Of a stretch of 64,000 nucleotides of DNA, positions 1-12,918 are shown in pieces. A model generated the notes under the pieces. It was not told the DNA's origin and ran no database searches. It worked only from the letters and a program-made list of their open reading frames with translations. The stretch lies in the NCBI GenBank assembly GCA_025201805.1, contig MU619239.1, forward strand, positions 335,010 through 399,009. Direction: 5' to 3'. The translations under genes were made by a program, and so were the position numbers. This stretch comes from Parasitella parasitica NRRL 2501 (lineage: Eukaryota > Fungi > Mucoromycota). Each line of letters begins with the position of its first letter. Position 1 is the stretch's first letter.

Positions 1-30
1 TTTGTTCGATAGGAAGAGCAATCTGAGTTA

Positions 31-787
31 ATGAAACAGCCAGAATGGTATACGAAAGCTCAGGATTATTGGAATGGAGTAGCACCAACGGTTGATGGCA
101 TGCTTGGCGGATTTTCAGTTGTAGATCCTATAGATGTCAAGGGCTCATTAAATTTTATCGATGAGTTTGTACATCGCAAGGAGGACAAAAACAATGTCAT
201 GAAAGAACCAGCTATTACCAATGGCTATGCTTGCGATTGCGGAGCAGGCATTGGTCGCGTTACAAAGAACTTTTTGTTACAGATCCCTTTCGAAAAAGTT
301 GATCTTGTTGAGCAAGAAGCATCATTCGTTGAACAAGCTAAGTCTAGCTACCTTAAAAAAGAGATTGAGGAAGGCAAGATTGGGCAAATTTTGTGTCAAG
401 GTCTTCAAGATTTTGAGCCAAAACAAGGCAAATATGACTTGATTTGGTGTCAATGGGTGCTAGGACACTTGACAGATGGTAATATCAATACAATAACAAG
501 GCAACCTTGTAACTGATAAAAATATTTGTACAGATCATTTTATCGCCTTTTTCAAACGTTGTATCCAAGGGTTAAAATCTAATGGCCTCATCGGCGTAAA
601 AGAAAATAATGCATCAAAAGAAGCATTAGTTGATGATGAGGATAGTAGTATAACTAGAACAAATGATGAACTGAAGCAGTTATTTATGAAAGCCGGTTTG
701 AAATGCATTAAAGAAGATGTGCAGCAAGGAATGCCTGCTGGGCTGTTTGCTGTCAGAATGTACATGTTAAAACCAATAGAGCAGTAA
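31..787 (+). CDS. NTM1: Alpha-N-terminal protein methyltransferase (NTM1/Tae1 family), 2 exons (31-478, 534-787)
   Basis: Motifs 'YWNGVAPTVDGMLGGF', SAM-binding 'DCGAGIGRVTK', 'YDLIWCQWVLGHLTD'. GT-AG intron 479-533 restores 'DHFIAFFKRCIQGLKSNGLIGVKEN...EDSSITR'. A further upstream exon cannot be excluded at the window edge. Confidence 0.93.
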
Positions 788-804
788 TAAAAAGTTTATT
801 TCAA

Positions 805-1719
805 TTAAGACATTTGAACTGTAGTTGAGCTGTTGCTGCTATCTCTATCTTGACTCTTGACAGAGTCTGCTGGAGTGGGTGCATGGGATCTAGTAAGAGT
901 TAGGGTATACGTGGCTACTCTCTCTTGTTGTCCCGGATCATGGGATATCCAAATGCATGTTTTTGATTTCAATGTATTTTCTACGAGTTTAACTGATTCT
1001 GGATCTAATGCTGAGGTTGGTTCTGCAATGAAAGTGCATGAGTATATCAAAATAAAAATTATTTGAATTGAAAATTATTGTATATATATATATTTACCAT
1101 CTAGTAACAAAATATCAGGATTTAAAGCAAGAGCAATAGCTAAAGCACATCTCTGCATTTCTCCACCAGAAAGATTCCTCCATTTCTCCGCAAAATGGCT
1201 ATATGACAAGTTCCACTCAGAGCCAATTTCGACCTGATTTAATTTAGTATGTATATATAAGGTTGATATATTCGGTGAATGACTTACGGGATCAAGCAAT
1301 TTTTTGGATTTTTGGCTTGCATATTTTTTAACCATATTAAAGAAATCCAAAGGAGTACCAGGATGAACAGCAGGTCTTTGAGGAACATACATGACACGAG
1401 ATCTCCAGACTGGAACAGTATACTCGTTTACGTCTTGGTCGAACAATGTGCAATAACCTTTTTCATATGGAATCAATTCAGCGATACACTTCAGTAAAGT
1501 CGTTTTTCTTGCAAAAAAAAAAAAAAAAAAAAAAAAATAAGATTATAAATAAAATTAGATTGTTGTACAAAAAAACGGTTTGAAGGATGGTTACCCAACA
1601 CCACTTGGCCCTCGCATTACCAGCGTATTACCCTCCTCTAGATCAAAAGAAATATCTTTAAATAACCATCTACCGTCAGGTAGTTGCATTGAGATATCAT
1701 GAGCTTGAAACATTGGCAT
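805..1719 (-). CDS. Stand-alone single-NBD ABC ATPase, FetA(YbbL)/STAR1-like, 4 exons
   Basis: Spliced product MPMFQAHDISMQLPDGRWLFKDISFDLEEGNTLVMRGPSGVGKTT (Walker A), Q-loop 'YVPQRP', signature 'LSGGEMQR', Walker B/D-loop 'ILLLDEPTSALD', H-loop 'ISHD'. No transmembrane segment. Confidence 0.85.
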
Positions 1720-2327
1720 TTTTAAGATGAGAATGAAGGAAAGAGGAGGTAGTACCCAATCAAACAGGCCATGGATTTATTTATTTGTGTGAAAAGCTCC
1801 AGTGACGTCTTTTGAATTTATAGTGATGGATACGATGTTGATCATCTAGACAACATACAGAAGAAGCATTGGAAAATGTTCATGTGCAAGATAAGGGAGA
1901 CCAAAATGATGGCAGGAAATGCATGACGAGAACAGTCAAAGAATAAGCAACGTTTTTGGATGCCATAGTAACCAACTCAACTCAAACCAGATCATGAAAA
2001 ATTTCAGCATTGTAATCTGAATCACTTTATAAAGATGAAATAAAGTAATTAATAGGATGGTTCAGCAGCTAATTCTCGTTAATTTTGAACATGTTTGATG
2101 GTCGAAACCAACTCAAAAAAAATCTGACTTTTTCAAATTTTTTTTTATTTTATTTGCCTACTGGTTCTTGAGAATATTATATTCTTGTAGTTCAACTTGT
2201 ATCCTCCTCCTCCTCTTATTCCTTTGTCTTGATTTTTTTAATTTTTATTATCCATAATCAAGAAGCAACTATACATATTTTAACCTTTCAGACAATCCAA
2301 CCGAAAAAGAACGTTATTTATAAACTT

Positions 2328-4271
2328 ATGACAGAAGCAAAGCAAGATTGGAAAATCGACTTTTATAAAAACGGTGTTCCAAAGGAAGTTATTGTGATTG
2401 AAGATACACCGCCACCATCCTCAACAGGGAATGTACCAAACACGTCAAGGTATCATGTCGAACAACAGAATGTGTCTTATCTAATAGGCCCTCCAGCGGC
2501 ATCTACACGCTCAAAACGCTCACGAAAAGACACCGTCCAGGATAATAATGGTTTACCACCTCCCCCACCTCCTCAACAATCTGTTAAAAGGAGACGTAAA
2601 GATTTAAATGCTCCATTACAGCCAGGTAAGTGGGCGTGGGCGTCTTTTTTTTTTTTTTTTTTTNNNNNNNNNNTTGATCGATGTTCACTTAAAGAGCACA
2701 CATAGTTTTAAGAAGACCAAATCCAAATACAGCATCTAATGCAACAACATCAGTTGTACCAATATCTACAGTAAGTACACATTCGATATCTTTTTACTCA
2801 CTGTTTCTAATCGTATCATGTACTTGCAGTCTTGTGACGATAAAGACGGCCATTACATTATCAAGCCGAACGAATCCCTCACACCGAGATGTAAAGTGAC
2901 AACACGAACATGCGAAATTACTACTAACAACAAACATAGATAAAATGATGAGGTTACTAGGTCAAGGAACGTTTGGAAAGGTTGTAGAATGCTATGATAG
3001 AGTCAAGAGGACATTTTGTGCAATTAAAATCATAAGGGCGATACCTAAATACAGAGATGCCAGCAAAATCGAGATTAGAGTGCTGAATAGCTTGAAAGAG
3101 CATGATCCCATCAATCTTAAGTGAGTATACATCTCTGTTAATGCTTGTATCAGGTGGCTAATCCAATCCAATCCAATCCAATCCAAAAAAAAAAAAAAAA
3201 AAAAACTCAAAACAAAAAAGCAAATGCATACATCTGATTGAATGGTTTGATTACCATAATCACATTTGCATGGTATTCGAACTACTGGGTCCTTCTGTAT
3301 TCGATTTTTTAAAATCAAACGAATTTCGGCCATTTCCGATTCACCATATACAACAGTTTGCGAAACAGATACTGACAAGTGTTGCCTGTAAGTCCAGTTT
3401 GAAAATATACGCCGGGACACACCATGATTAACTCAAACTGCTTAGTTGTCCATGAATTAAAATTGATCCATACAGATTTGAAGCCTGAGAACATTCTACT
3501 AGTTGACAATTCTAGCATTGAAGCTGGAAACGTAGGTAAGCCTCATTTCTCAGCGTTGTGAAAACTTAACATTGTCCTTAGATCTATGGTGTGGATCCAA
3601 AATCTAGGGTCCTGACTAATACGGACATACGATTGATCGATTTCGGTTCAGCGACATTTGAACAGGATTACCACTCAAGCGTGGTATCAACAAGACATTA
3701 TAGAGCTCCAGAGATTATTTTGGGTATGGGCTGGTCCTATCCTTGTGATATCTGGTCCATTGGCTGTATTCTGGTAGAATTCCTAACCGGCGATGCTTTG
3801 TTCCAAACCCACGATAATCTTGAACATTTAGCGATGATGGTAGTCGTTTTAGGCAAGATACCTGCAAAATTAATCAAAACGGCAAAGTAAGTGAGATGAA
3901 CTAATACAAACAAATCTTCTTTTTTTTAACCCAATACGAATATATGTGTAGCCATGATGCCCAGAAATTCTTCAAAGATGGCAAACTGAAATACCCAGAT
4001 GTTGATACCACAAAACAAAGTAAAAAGTATGTCCGTGCATTGAAGTTGTTGAAGGTAAACGAAAATTCGATGCTCTTTTGTGTTTGTTGCTAATACATCT
4101 TAGCTTATCATCAACCCACATACTAATGCACGTTTTCAATTTCTGGATCTTTTGTCGAAAATGCTGGTATACGACCCTGCAGCCAGAATCACTGCTAGAG
4201 AAGCATTAAGACACCCTTTTTTCTTGATCCCTTTTGATGACCTTGGTCAAGAAATCGATGAAGGCCGATAA
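2328..4271 (+). CDS. KNS1: LAMMER/CLK dual-specificity kinase (Kns1/Lkh1 family), multi-exon
   Basis: '[10 protein letters not shown]', '[10 protein letters not shown]', '[10 protein letters not shown]', 'HTDLKPEN', 'IDFGSATF', '[10 protein letters not shown]', '[11 protein letters not shown]'. Exons joined through GT-AG introns; an N gap lies in intron 1. Confidence 0.93.
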
Positions 4272-4755
4272 AAATTGTACACAGCTTGTAATTTCTCTTC
4301 TTCTATGTCACAGTTACATATATAACTATATTTCATGGACTACATCCCTATATACTATACTTGAGCGTTCTTTGTAAATCTAACCTTTGCTTGGCCATGG
4401 AGCAGCTCTATCCATTCCTTTTTGCTTGCACTATAAAATTCTGCTGCCATATTATACCTTCAAATGGCCAAATAGTGTTTGACCAAGTAAAACATATTGT
4501 GAGTGGTTTGTAGCATCATAGTTAAAGAGGAAAGCCTTCGGATCAAATCAAAAGAACGTTCGTATTCGTGTAACCACAGGGAAGAAGGTTTTCATTTGTG
4601 GTGCTTCTAAATCATGCAAGCCTATATGAACACAGTAGATGCTTTGAAATTCGAAACTTTATTTGACTTTGGATGGATATATGTGATTAAGATCAACATG
4701 TGAAGTGGTATATCTGTAAGTGTGCGTGTGTACAATAACCTATCGGGCCATGTAT

Positions 4756-4995
4756 TCAAATTATAAATGAACAAGAAGGACACCAACTAAAACTGTAGTA
4801 TTTCTGGTGCTTTAAACAAAAACTTTGTGTGAATACTTTTTGCGCAGGAATAGCTGCGGCTGCAGTAACTACCATATCTGAAGCTAATGGTGATGGAGCG
4901 TGCACTATGCTTATCGGCTTAATCGAAATATCGTGGAATCCAGATAATGGTGATCTTTTTGTGATTCGACTTGGTAGTAAGTTTGGATTGACCAT
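4756..4995 (-). CDS. Candidate 79-aa microprotein with C-terminal C-x2-H-x9-C-x2-C motif
   Basis: Intronless ORF with A-rich start context (taaataaacATGG) after a pyrimidine-rich leader; ends 'FCLKHQKYYSFSWCPSCSFII'. No family recognised. Confidence 0.5.
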   Translation of the reverse strand: MVNPNLLPSRITKRSPLSGFHDISIKPISIVHAPSPLASDMVVTAAAAIPAQKVFTQSFCLKHQKYYSFSWCPSCSFII

Positions 4996-5095
4996 GTTTA
5001 TTTAATGAACTGAAAAAAAAATGGCGGGGGGTGGAAGAAGAAAGAGAGAAAAGGTATGATTTTATTGTGCAAACAAATTTTTTCATTTTAATGTG

Positions 5096-6968
5096 TCAAG
5101 AATCTAATCCGCTCAAACGTTGAGCCAGTTCCAGATTCTTACTGAAAAGAACTAGTGCCTCTTCCTCCAAAATTGAAACTTTCTGATTTGACTTCATCAG
5201 TTCAGATTTCAATCCGGCCTCTTTGTCTTTCCAGTTCATCAACTCCTTTTCTAATGTTGCCAGTTTCGGTTTGTATTGTTGGATTGATTTAATATCTCGC
5301 AAATGTTGACGTTCCAAATCTTGCAGTTCAGTTTCAAGCTCAACAATCTGGCCTGACATGTTTCGTAGCTCTCTTGAAAGCCCTAGTTGATATGTGTCGA
5401 CTTCTTTTCTGTGTTGTAATTTCAAACTCGATTTCAGCTCGTTGAGCCGGGTGTCTAATTCCAATTGCATTTGCTTTTTGGTGAGCTTTTGCAGTTGCTC
5501 ATAGTGGCGTTTGGATTTCTCCAGCTCAAGTTTCGTTTTAGCCAACTCGGCATCGCGCTCAGCAACGGTGCGTCGAAGCGCCTCTTCCAACTCGCTGTTA
5601 TGCTCTGCAGCTGATTTTGCTGCTTGTATTAATCTTGCACGAAGCTCTTCTTTTTCAAAGACAAGTGCATTGATCTGATGTGTGTGTGTTGCGTGGATTC
5701 GAGAACTTTCTTTAGCAAAATCTTGCTTGCTTTGCTCGAGCTTATCAATTTTCTCCTGATTGGTAGCTTCCAAATGATCAACTTGCGCTTCTGATTCTTG
5801 CAATAAGCTCTGCAATGCAAGGACATCTGGATTTTTGGTATTGGGTGACTGTAACGCTTTTAAACCATCTTGGAGCCGCTTTGATTTCTGCTCCGAGTGC
5901 TCTCGTTGTTGCTTGCTTTGGTTTAACTCCTTAATCATCACCTCTAGTTCACGGCGCATGTCATCTAAAACTTGTTCCATTTCGCTTTGTTCTTGTCTAT
6001 TGTTGTTCAGCTTTGATTGTAGATGTCGCCTAAGCTGTTTCTTTTGTTTTTCAAATGCTGCTTGCAAAGAAACAATGTGAACTCTTTTCTTTCGGACAGC
6101 TTCATGGTGGGCAGCCTTTTTTTGGCGACTTAGTCGCTTTAAGCCTTCTATCAGCCGTTTTTCTCTTTCGGATGCAACCACCTCGTTTTTCAGGTCTTGT
6201 TTTGGCGATTGTTTATGTCCTATTACACTACCAATCCATCTGTCAATCGCCTGGGTGGAGAAAAATACTTGAGATTGGATGTTTTCTGCTGTGTATATGT
6301 TTAAAAGCATGTCAAAATACAACTGACCTGACAAAAAAAAACTCGCTGTATTTACCTTGTAGCTTATTCAGTGTCAAAGAACCGCCGTCTCTATCCACAA
6401 TCTCCTTCAATTCAGTCAATTTTTCGAGCACTAATCTACCAGCATTATGCTGGAAACTGCCTTCGTCTTTTTCTATCAACTTCTTTTCATTTGCACTACT
6501 GTGCTTGGATGACGGTAGTTCTAGGTCAAGATTACTACGCTTAGCGCCCAAGAAAGTTTGAATGGCTTGAGACATTCTTTTGACAATAGCCTCGTTTGAA
6601 TGCCTGGACAGCTCTATTTGTTCTTCCAGTTTTTCAATTCTCTTGTAAGCCGCTTCCTTTGTTGGATACAGGATACTTTTGTCTCCATTAGATAAAGGAA
6701 AGCTTTGACAATGCTTTTTTCGTAGATTGAACTTGTTAGGAGAGTTGTGATATGATGCTGAGGATACAGATGAATATGAAGATCTTTGAGATGAGCTCCA
6801 ACTGCTTGTAGGTGATGTAGCTATTGTAGTGCGGTCATCTTCGGCTGAATACTGTGTGGTGAAATCAGTCTCAGTTGTATACTTCGTTTCTAATTCCTGA
6901 TCTGAGCTAGTGGAGTGAATAAATGTGTCGTATGAAGGCGCTTTGGTTGCGACTTGTAGATCTATCAT
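5096..6968 (-). CDS. Uncharacterised coiled-coil protein with Ser/Thr-rich N-terminus, 2 exons (intron about 6289-6355)
   Basis: Two long overlapping minus-strand ORFs (218 and 412 aa) joinable by a GT-AG intron; E/K/Q/L heptad-rich composition. Confidence 0.8.
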
Positions 6969-7376
6969 TCTCTAAAGAAATGGTTGTCAAGTAAAGTAAA
7001 AGAAAAAAGAAAGTTGATTATCAATCGAACTGTCAATTGCTTATAATAAATATTATTTAGACATGCTTTGTTTGTTACATTTGAGCGCAGTATATGACAC
7101 CAACTAGAACCTTTAGCCGTGTAACATTTAATATGATTATCATCATAGGCAAATTAATCCTGTTTATGTTGGATTTAATATACTCACAGACTTCGAACTT
7201 GTATCAGAACGATGATCTTTCCGTATTGGCTTGGGCACTGACATTGACAGTTGGGAAATGCGTTTCATTTACTGCTAAATAGCAGGAGTCACGACAAAGA
7301 GGAGGGAGGGACTTCAAAAGCAGGTACTCGCAGCCGAATGCAATAAAACCACTTTTTCATTTAGCAATCTTCCAGT

Positions 7377-8360
7377 ATGGGTAATGACGGAGGATCCATT
7401 CCAAGACGTATTGAACTCGTAAAAGAAAAGGCCAAGAACATCATTCTCAACCCTGATCTTGAGAGAGCTGCTGCTTGGCTATACTGTGCGCTATCAAAGG
7501 TACGCTCTTGATTTTTTCTTGCAAAAATAGATTTACCGTAGCTGACGACCTGCATAGCTTCTCCTTGAACAGCCTGTAGTATCAGATGGATTGGGTAAGC
7601 TGTATAATCAAGATGCTATTATTGAATACTTGTTGGACCCTTCCATTTATGGTGATGGCGACAAGATTTGCTCTCACATCACTTCTTTGAAAGACACCAC
7701 TAAACTGAATTTGACGCCCAATCCAGCTTACAATGAAAAGGACTCAAATTTGGACTCGGCAACGATGGGAAGTCTTGATAGGGATCTCAAGAGCAAGTTT
7801 GTTTGTTCAGTGTCGATGAAGGAAATGAATGGAAAGCATCGTTTTGTTTATTTGGATACATGTGGTTGTGTTTTTGCTGAGCAAGCAATGAAGGAGATCC
7901 CTAGCAGGGAATGTGTAACGGTAAGTGGTCCGCTTTGAGTCATCCACACTTCATCGCATTGACTAATCGCATGTCGCAGTGTGGAAAACCATTCGAAAGT
8001 CAAAACGTCATTGTTATTAATCCAACCAAGGAAGAGCAAGAGGCAATGAGAAAGGTCATGGAGGAGAAAAAAGCAAAAGCTAAAATGGAAAGAAAAGCCA
8101 AAAAGGCAGAAAGCAAGAAGAACGGTGTTGCATCAGAGAAAAAGAGAAAAAGAGAATCGGATTCATCAGAGAAGCCAGCTAAGAAAGCATCTTCGATTCA
8201 ATCATCAGCTGCTGCTGCTGTCATGGGTAAAGTAGCTCAAGATTTGGCTGAAAAGAAAAAGAATACTCCACTCTCAAGCGCTATCCAAAGCATTTATGGA
8301 ACAAAGGATAAAAAGGAGACAGGCAATTATCTTACTAAAGGGACATTCAATCGCTACTAA
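7377..8360 (+). CDS. RTF2: Replication termination factor 2 (RING-like Rtf2), 3 exons
   Basis: Diagnostic N-terminus 'MGNDGGSIPRRIELVKEK', 'LGKLYNQDAIIEYLL', 'KEMNGKHRFVYLDTCGCVF', Lys-rich tail. Confidence 0.93.
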
Positions 8361-10355
8361 ATAATAGTATAGTATATATTTTGTATATAGTGAAATAAAA
8401 TTATGATTTTTGAATACAGTGACATCCTCCCATTAGCTATATGGCAGTGCACTTTTGTTTTTTATATCTCACAGCTAAATCTGGGAGGGGGGGCTCAACA
8501 ATTTTAAAAGTTAAATGAGTAAAGAGGAGCTAATATGTTTTGGAAATCTATTTACGAACGTATGGAAAGCCAGCTTCAATTGATATTGTATTGCTTATCC
8601 ATGCAATGTAAACAAGGGTAAATGCTTTCCATCGTCAGCTATTTTTGCTTGTAATAAATGTTGTAATTATTATGAAGTTGAAACTTCTTTCAAGCTCAAA
8701 AAGTGATTTGTAATTAAATTGTACATTAATGGTAGCAATTCCTGATCGGGTAAACTGTAAAACCATCAAGCAAAGGGTTTCTTCTCTAATAAAATGGCAT
8801 CATCATTTTGACATGTGTAGTAAGATATGCCAGGAACGCTTTAAAGTCCAAAGAAACGAGATGTAATAAAGTACAATAGGAGGGATGTTAGAAATGTTGT
8901 TGCCATATTAAGTATACACATCTATGATTACAATGCTTATAGATGGTCGTAATCTTCTTATAACCTCATTATGAAGCAAACCTACGAAGTTATTCAATGT
9001 CCAAGAATTTTTTCAGTCTAGCAACGATTTTTCCTGGGATATTATGGTTTAAATTTTGTTGATGATAAATGACAGACTATGATGTCTTAATAAGAAAGAG
9101 TCGATTATTATTGATTCGATGGTCCCGATTTTGTGATTAAAATAGATGACATGAGACATTTATGGTTGCACAGTTAAAAAAAAGCCAAATAAACTATTGT
9201 CCTTCATTGATAGTACCTGCATTTACAATGTTGTAAGTAACTCATCTTTGAAAATTATCTGTGAATTTGCAACCTGGTTCTCGTATCAGGTTGTCATGAA
9301 GCTCCTAATTTATATAATAGTCTACAAACTGCATAGATACTTTGTGTAGAATGTCACCTTTTTGTGATTACTTGACACATAATACCACACAGATCAAGGA
9401 TTTAATTTCATGACAAAACTGTGTTTCAGTTTGTAAATTGCTACATCGTCATGCTAAACAATCTGGGTTCGGTGCACATGTTTTCCCGATACTACAGGTT
9501 TTTAATATTAATATGCCTAATTTTGGATTATAAGATATCAATTGATGCTGAAAAATCATGATTACAAATATTTGTAATAATCATTTACAGCTATTATTTA
9601 TGCTACGGAAACGTAAAAATGGAGCAACGTTTACTAATATGTACCAATTGTACTGAAAACCCTTCAACAGCCTATTTTTTTTTTTTGCTTTTATCCAGTA
9701 ACAGTATCATCAAAAATAGCAATGATGTTTCAATTCTTTTTTGTCAGATTATTTTTGGCAATTCTTATTTGGGCAAATAGGTCTGTCAGACTAAATCGTA
9801 CATTTTCAAACTACAGTATCTTGCTTGACATGTTAATTCACCGCATCATTATGTGGACATAATAGTATGTCATTGTTGCCTTGAAAGATTAACATAGGCA
9901 TCAGCTGAGCTCATAATAATGATCCTTATGGAAAAACATTTGTCAAGTTTGGGAATGGATGTTCATATACACGGAATATCGGGGTACATGTAAAGCACAA
10001 ATCTTCTGCTGTGTCATCTGGAATCACCAAGATATGTACTTGTACGCTCAATAAAATTAGTGGCATTTAGTAGCTCATGCTTTTTTTTTTCAGAAACATT
10101 AAGAAGAAAAGTGAGTGAAGCAACAATAGCAAGAAATAGTGCCATGGAAACTAGTAGAAATGCCGCGTAAAACAGAGTAAATTTTACTTGATTTAGCAGA
10201 ATAATATGAATTTTTATAAATAGCCTTTGGCATCCGAATGCGGTGACACACGGCGTTGATTTATCCTGGATTTTGGCTGTATATAACCCTATTATTTTTC
10301 CAAAGATCAGTGCTGGAAGTCTCTCATTTCTTTTGTCTCTTATTTCAAAATTATA

Positions 10356-12918
10356 ATGGCAAAAGCTACCCAAGAATTAAAATATAAACGCCTCAAGGTT
10401 GGGCATGCTTGCTTTGTTTGTCGCAGTAAGAAAATCAAGGTGTGTGTGATACAGTTTAATTTTACATCAACCCACCTTTAACGAATTTAACAATTATAAA
10501 CGATGCTATCTAGTGCGATGGATTGAGACCATGTATGCAGGTTAGAGATGATAAAATTATTAGCCGAGTATTTTAAATTGACTTTATTTATATTTCTGCG
10601 ATTCCATCTTAACATTCATTAGTGCAAAGGTAAAGATGTTACGCTGAAAATCTATATATAAAATGCTAACATCTTTGATAGCACGCGGACGAGATTGTAT
10701 ATCGTCTAATTCAGAAACACAGGCTGAAAACTTGAACTACAGCAGTGCAGGCAGCGATAACCAGGATGAAGCAGATAGCAACCACAGCATCATTGATTCT
10801 GACGATGATTCCATTTTATTCTCTCGCTCAAGGACAAATATTGACGACAATCCATGTGTGCCTAAATCCAGTGATACCTGGACTAGTAATGCAGCCAAAC
10901 AAACAACAGCAACTTACTGCAAATCACAAGAGCTGCCTTTAGGTGATTTTCCAACATTTGGTAGCTTTGTGCGCTGGAGAGTCGAACCATCTTTGCCATC
11001 TAGATATTCTACTGATATTGAAATGCCATCAGGTGAAATACAAATGCATTTAATCAACCTTTTTTTTGAAACTGGATACAAGGTGTCTCCCATCATACCA
11101 AAACGACACTTTTACGAGCAACTGCGCACCAAAGGACCTCTGATAACGCCTCTTTTACTGAATGCCATCTATTGTATAGCCAGCAGCGGTTGCACGCTGA
11201 AAGATGTGCCCAAGTCAATCGTATTCTTCAACCGTGCCAAGAAATTATTGGATGATTTTCTGGATGTGCCAAGAGTTAGCACAGTAGCAGCTCTCTGCCT
11301 TCTATCCTTATATGAGCCTGTTCCTACCAAGTCTAAATCCGCGGTAGATCAGCATTGTCGCTCGTGGATGTACAGTGGCATGGCTTTCCGCATGTGTCTT
11401 GAGCTCGGTTTGAACATGGAGACGCTTTACTCACGCGATAACATGGCATTGGAATGCATCGAGCTTCGCAGAAGAATCTTTTGGTCATGTTATTGTTTAG
11501 ATAAGCTACAAAGCGCTGAATGGGAAAGACTGTGGGCGATTCCTGCCTCTTTGGCGAGAACAGCATTGCCTCAAATACTGCCTCAAGATGATGATTCCGA
11601 GCGCTGGGTTGTGCAAACATTTCAGCAAAAAATTAAGCTTGCTCTGCTAGGCGAAGAAGGCCTGCAGATTCGTGCCTGTATTACAATTCGTGATGATGTT
11701 TACAACGGGAGATTCCATGAGCAGCTTGACCAGTACCGTGCCAAATTGCTGCATTGGAGCTGCAATCTACCTTGCCCAACAGTTTGGGGCATTCGCCCTT
11801 GTGAAACCGTTGAAGATGTGATGAAAGAGCCAAGAAAATCTGCAGAGATAGGCTATTTCCTTTCGTTGTACTACTTTATGCTTAGTGACACATTATTCTG
11901 TCTTCCTGATAACGCAAAGACATCTGTCCAACGTCGTATCTATGCTGCCCAACTTACCAGATGCGTTGAAAGTGCCTGCGACAAGCCTTTACTTGTAGTC
12001 CGCTATGAATTTCTCGCTCATGCTCTCATCGCTGCCATTCGTGTCCATTCAAGATATCTGAATAATCAGGATTCGGTTGTAGCTGGTCAATCTTTGCATC
12101 TTTTCAATCAGTGTATTGATCTACTGCGAAAGTTACAAACATTTGCTATTATTCCAGAATGCACAGCTGTTTTGCAAAAGATCTCTGCTATTCACGAACA
12201 CTCACGATTGCACACTGTTCGCTCTGAGGCCCCACTGTCCAAAGCTGCAGCTATTCTTGATTCCACACCTCATCAGTTTGGCAATAGGGTTCCGTTTCAG
12301 CAAATGGACACTAATGGTGATATAGCTCAATTTTCGTCAGAACAGCAGCAACGGCACGCACAAAATCTTGCTGACCCATATCAAACAGATATACCTCACA
12401 ATAGCTCATCCTTTGATTCCCAAAATATGGAAAAAACTCTTATTAATTCTCCTTTCAACAACATAACAGCATTTGGCACAAGCATTGGTGTTGATTTCGG
12501 CGATCGGAGGCATTTATGGGAAGTCGCAGTAGACGCATCGCAAAACTGTGAATTCGAATCTACCCCATCTACACCTGAAGGTAGTATAAACCAGACAGCG
12601 TTTCCAACATCTAGCACCTCTGAATGGAGTCCCTGCAATACTAGCGACTTTATATGGCCTGATCCCATTGTATCACAAACGTCATTCCATCCCCAACCAC
12701 CACACTACAGCATGACATCGTCTTCTCATCAACTACCGCTGTCAAACTCAATGGCAACATATCCTCAGCAACAGCAAAGTACATACATACAACCACCTCC
12801 GCAGCAAATCGTAAATGTTAGTGCCCACATCACACCCACACTAAACTCGAACTTGTGCTACTCAAGCCTGGCAGATTCTGTGATAAATGTTCCTCAGCAC
12901 GCGTATTACCCCTGTTGA
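10356..12918 (+). CDS. Zn(II)2Cys6 transcription factor with fungal-specific TF middle domain; exons 10356-10439, 10514-10540, 10623-10629, 10682-12918
   Basis: Spliced cluster 'KRLKVGHACFVCRSKKIK|CDGLRPCMQ|CK|ARGRDC' contains all six Cys. Middle homology region 'SWMYSGMAFRMCLELGLN...ELRRRIFWSCYCLDK'. Confidence 0.92.
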
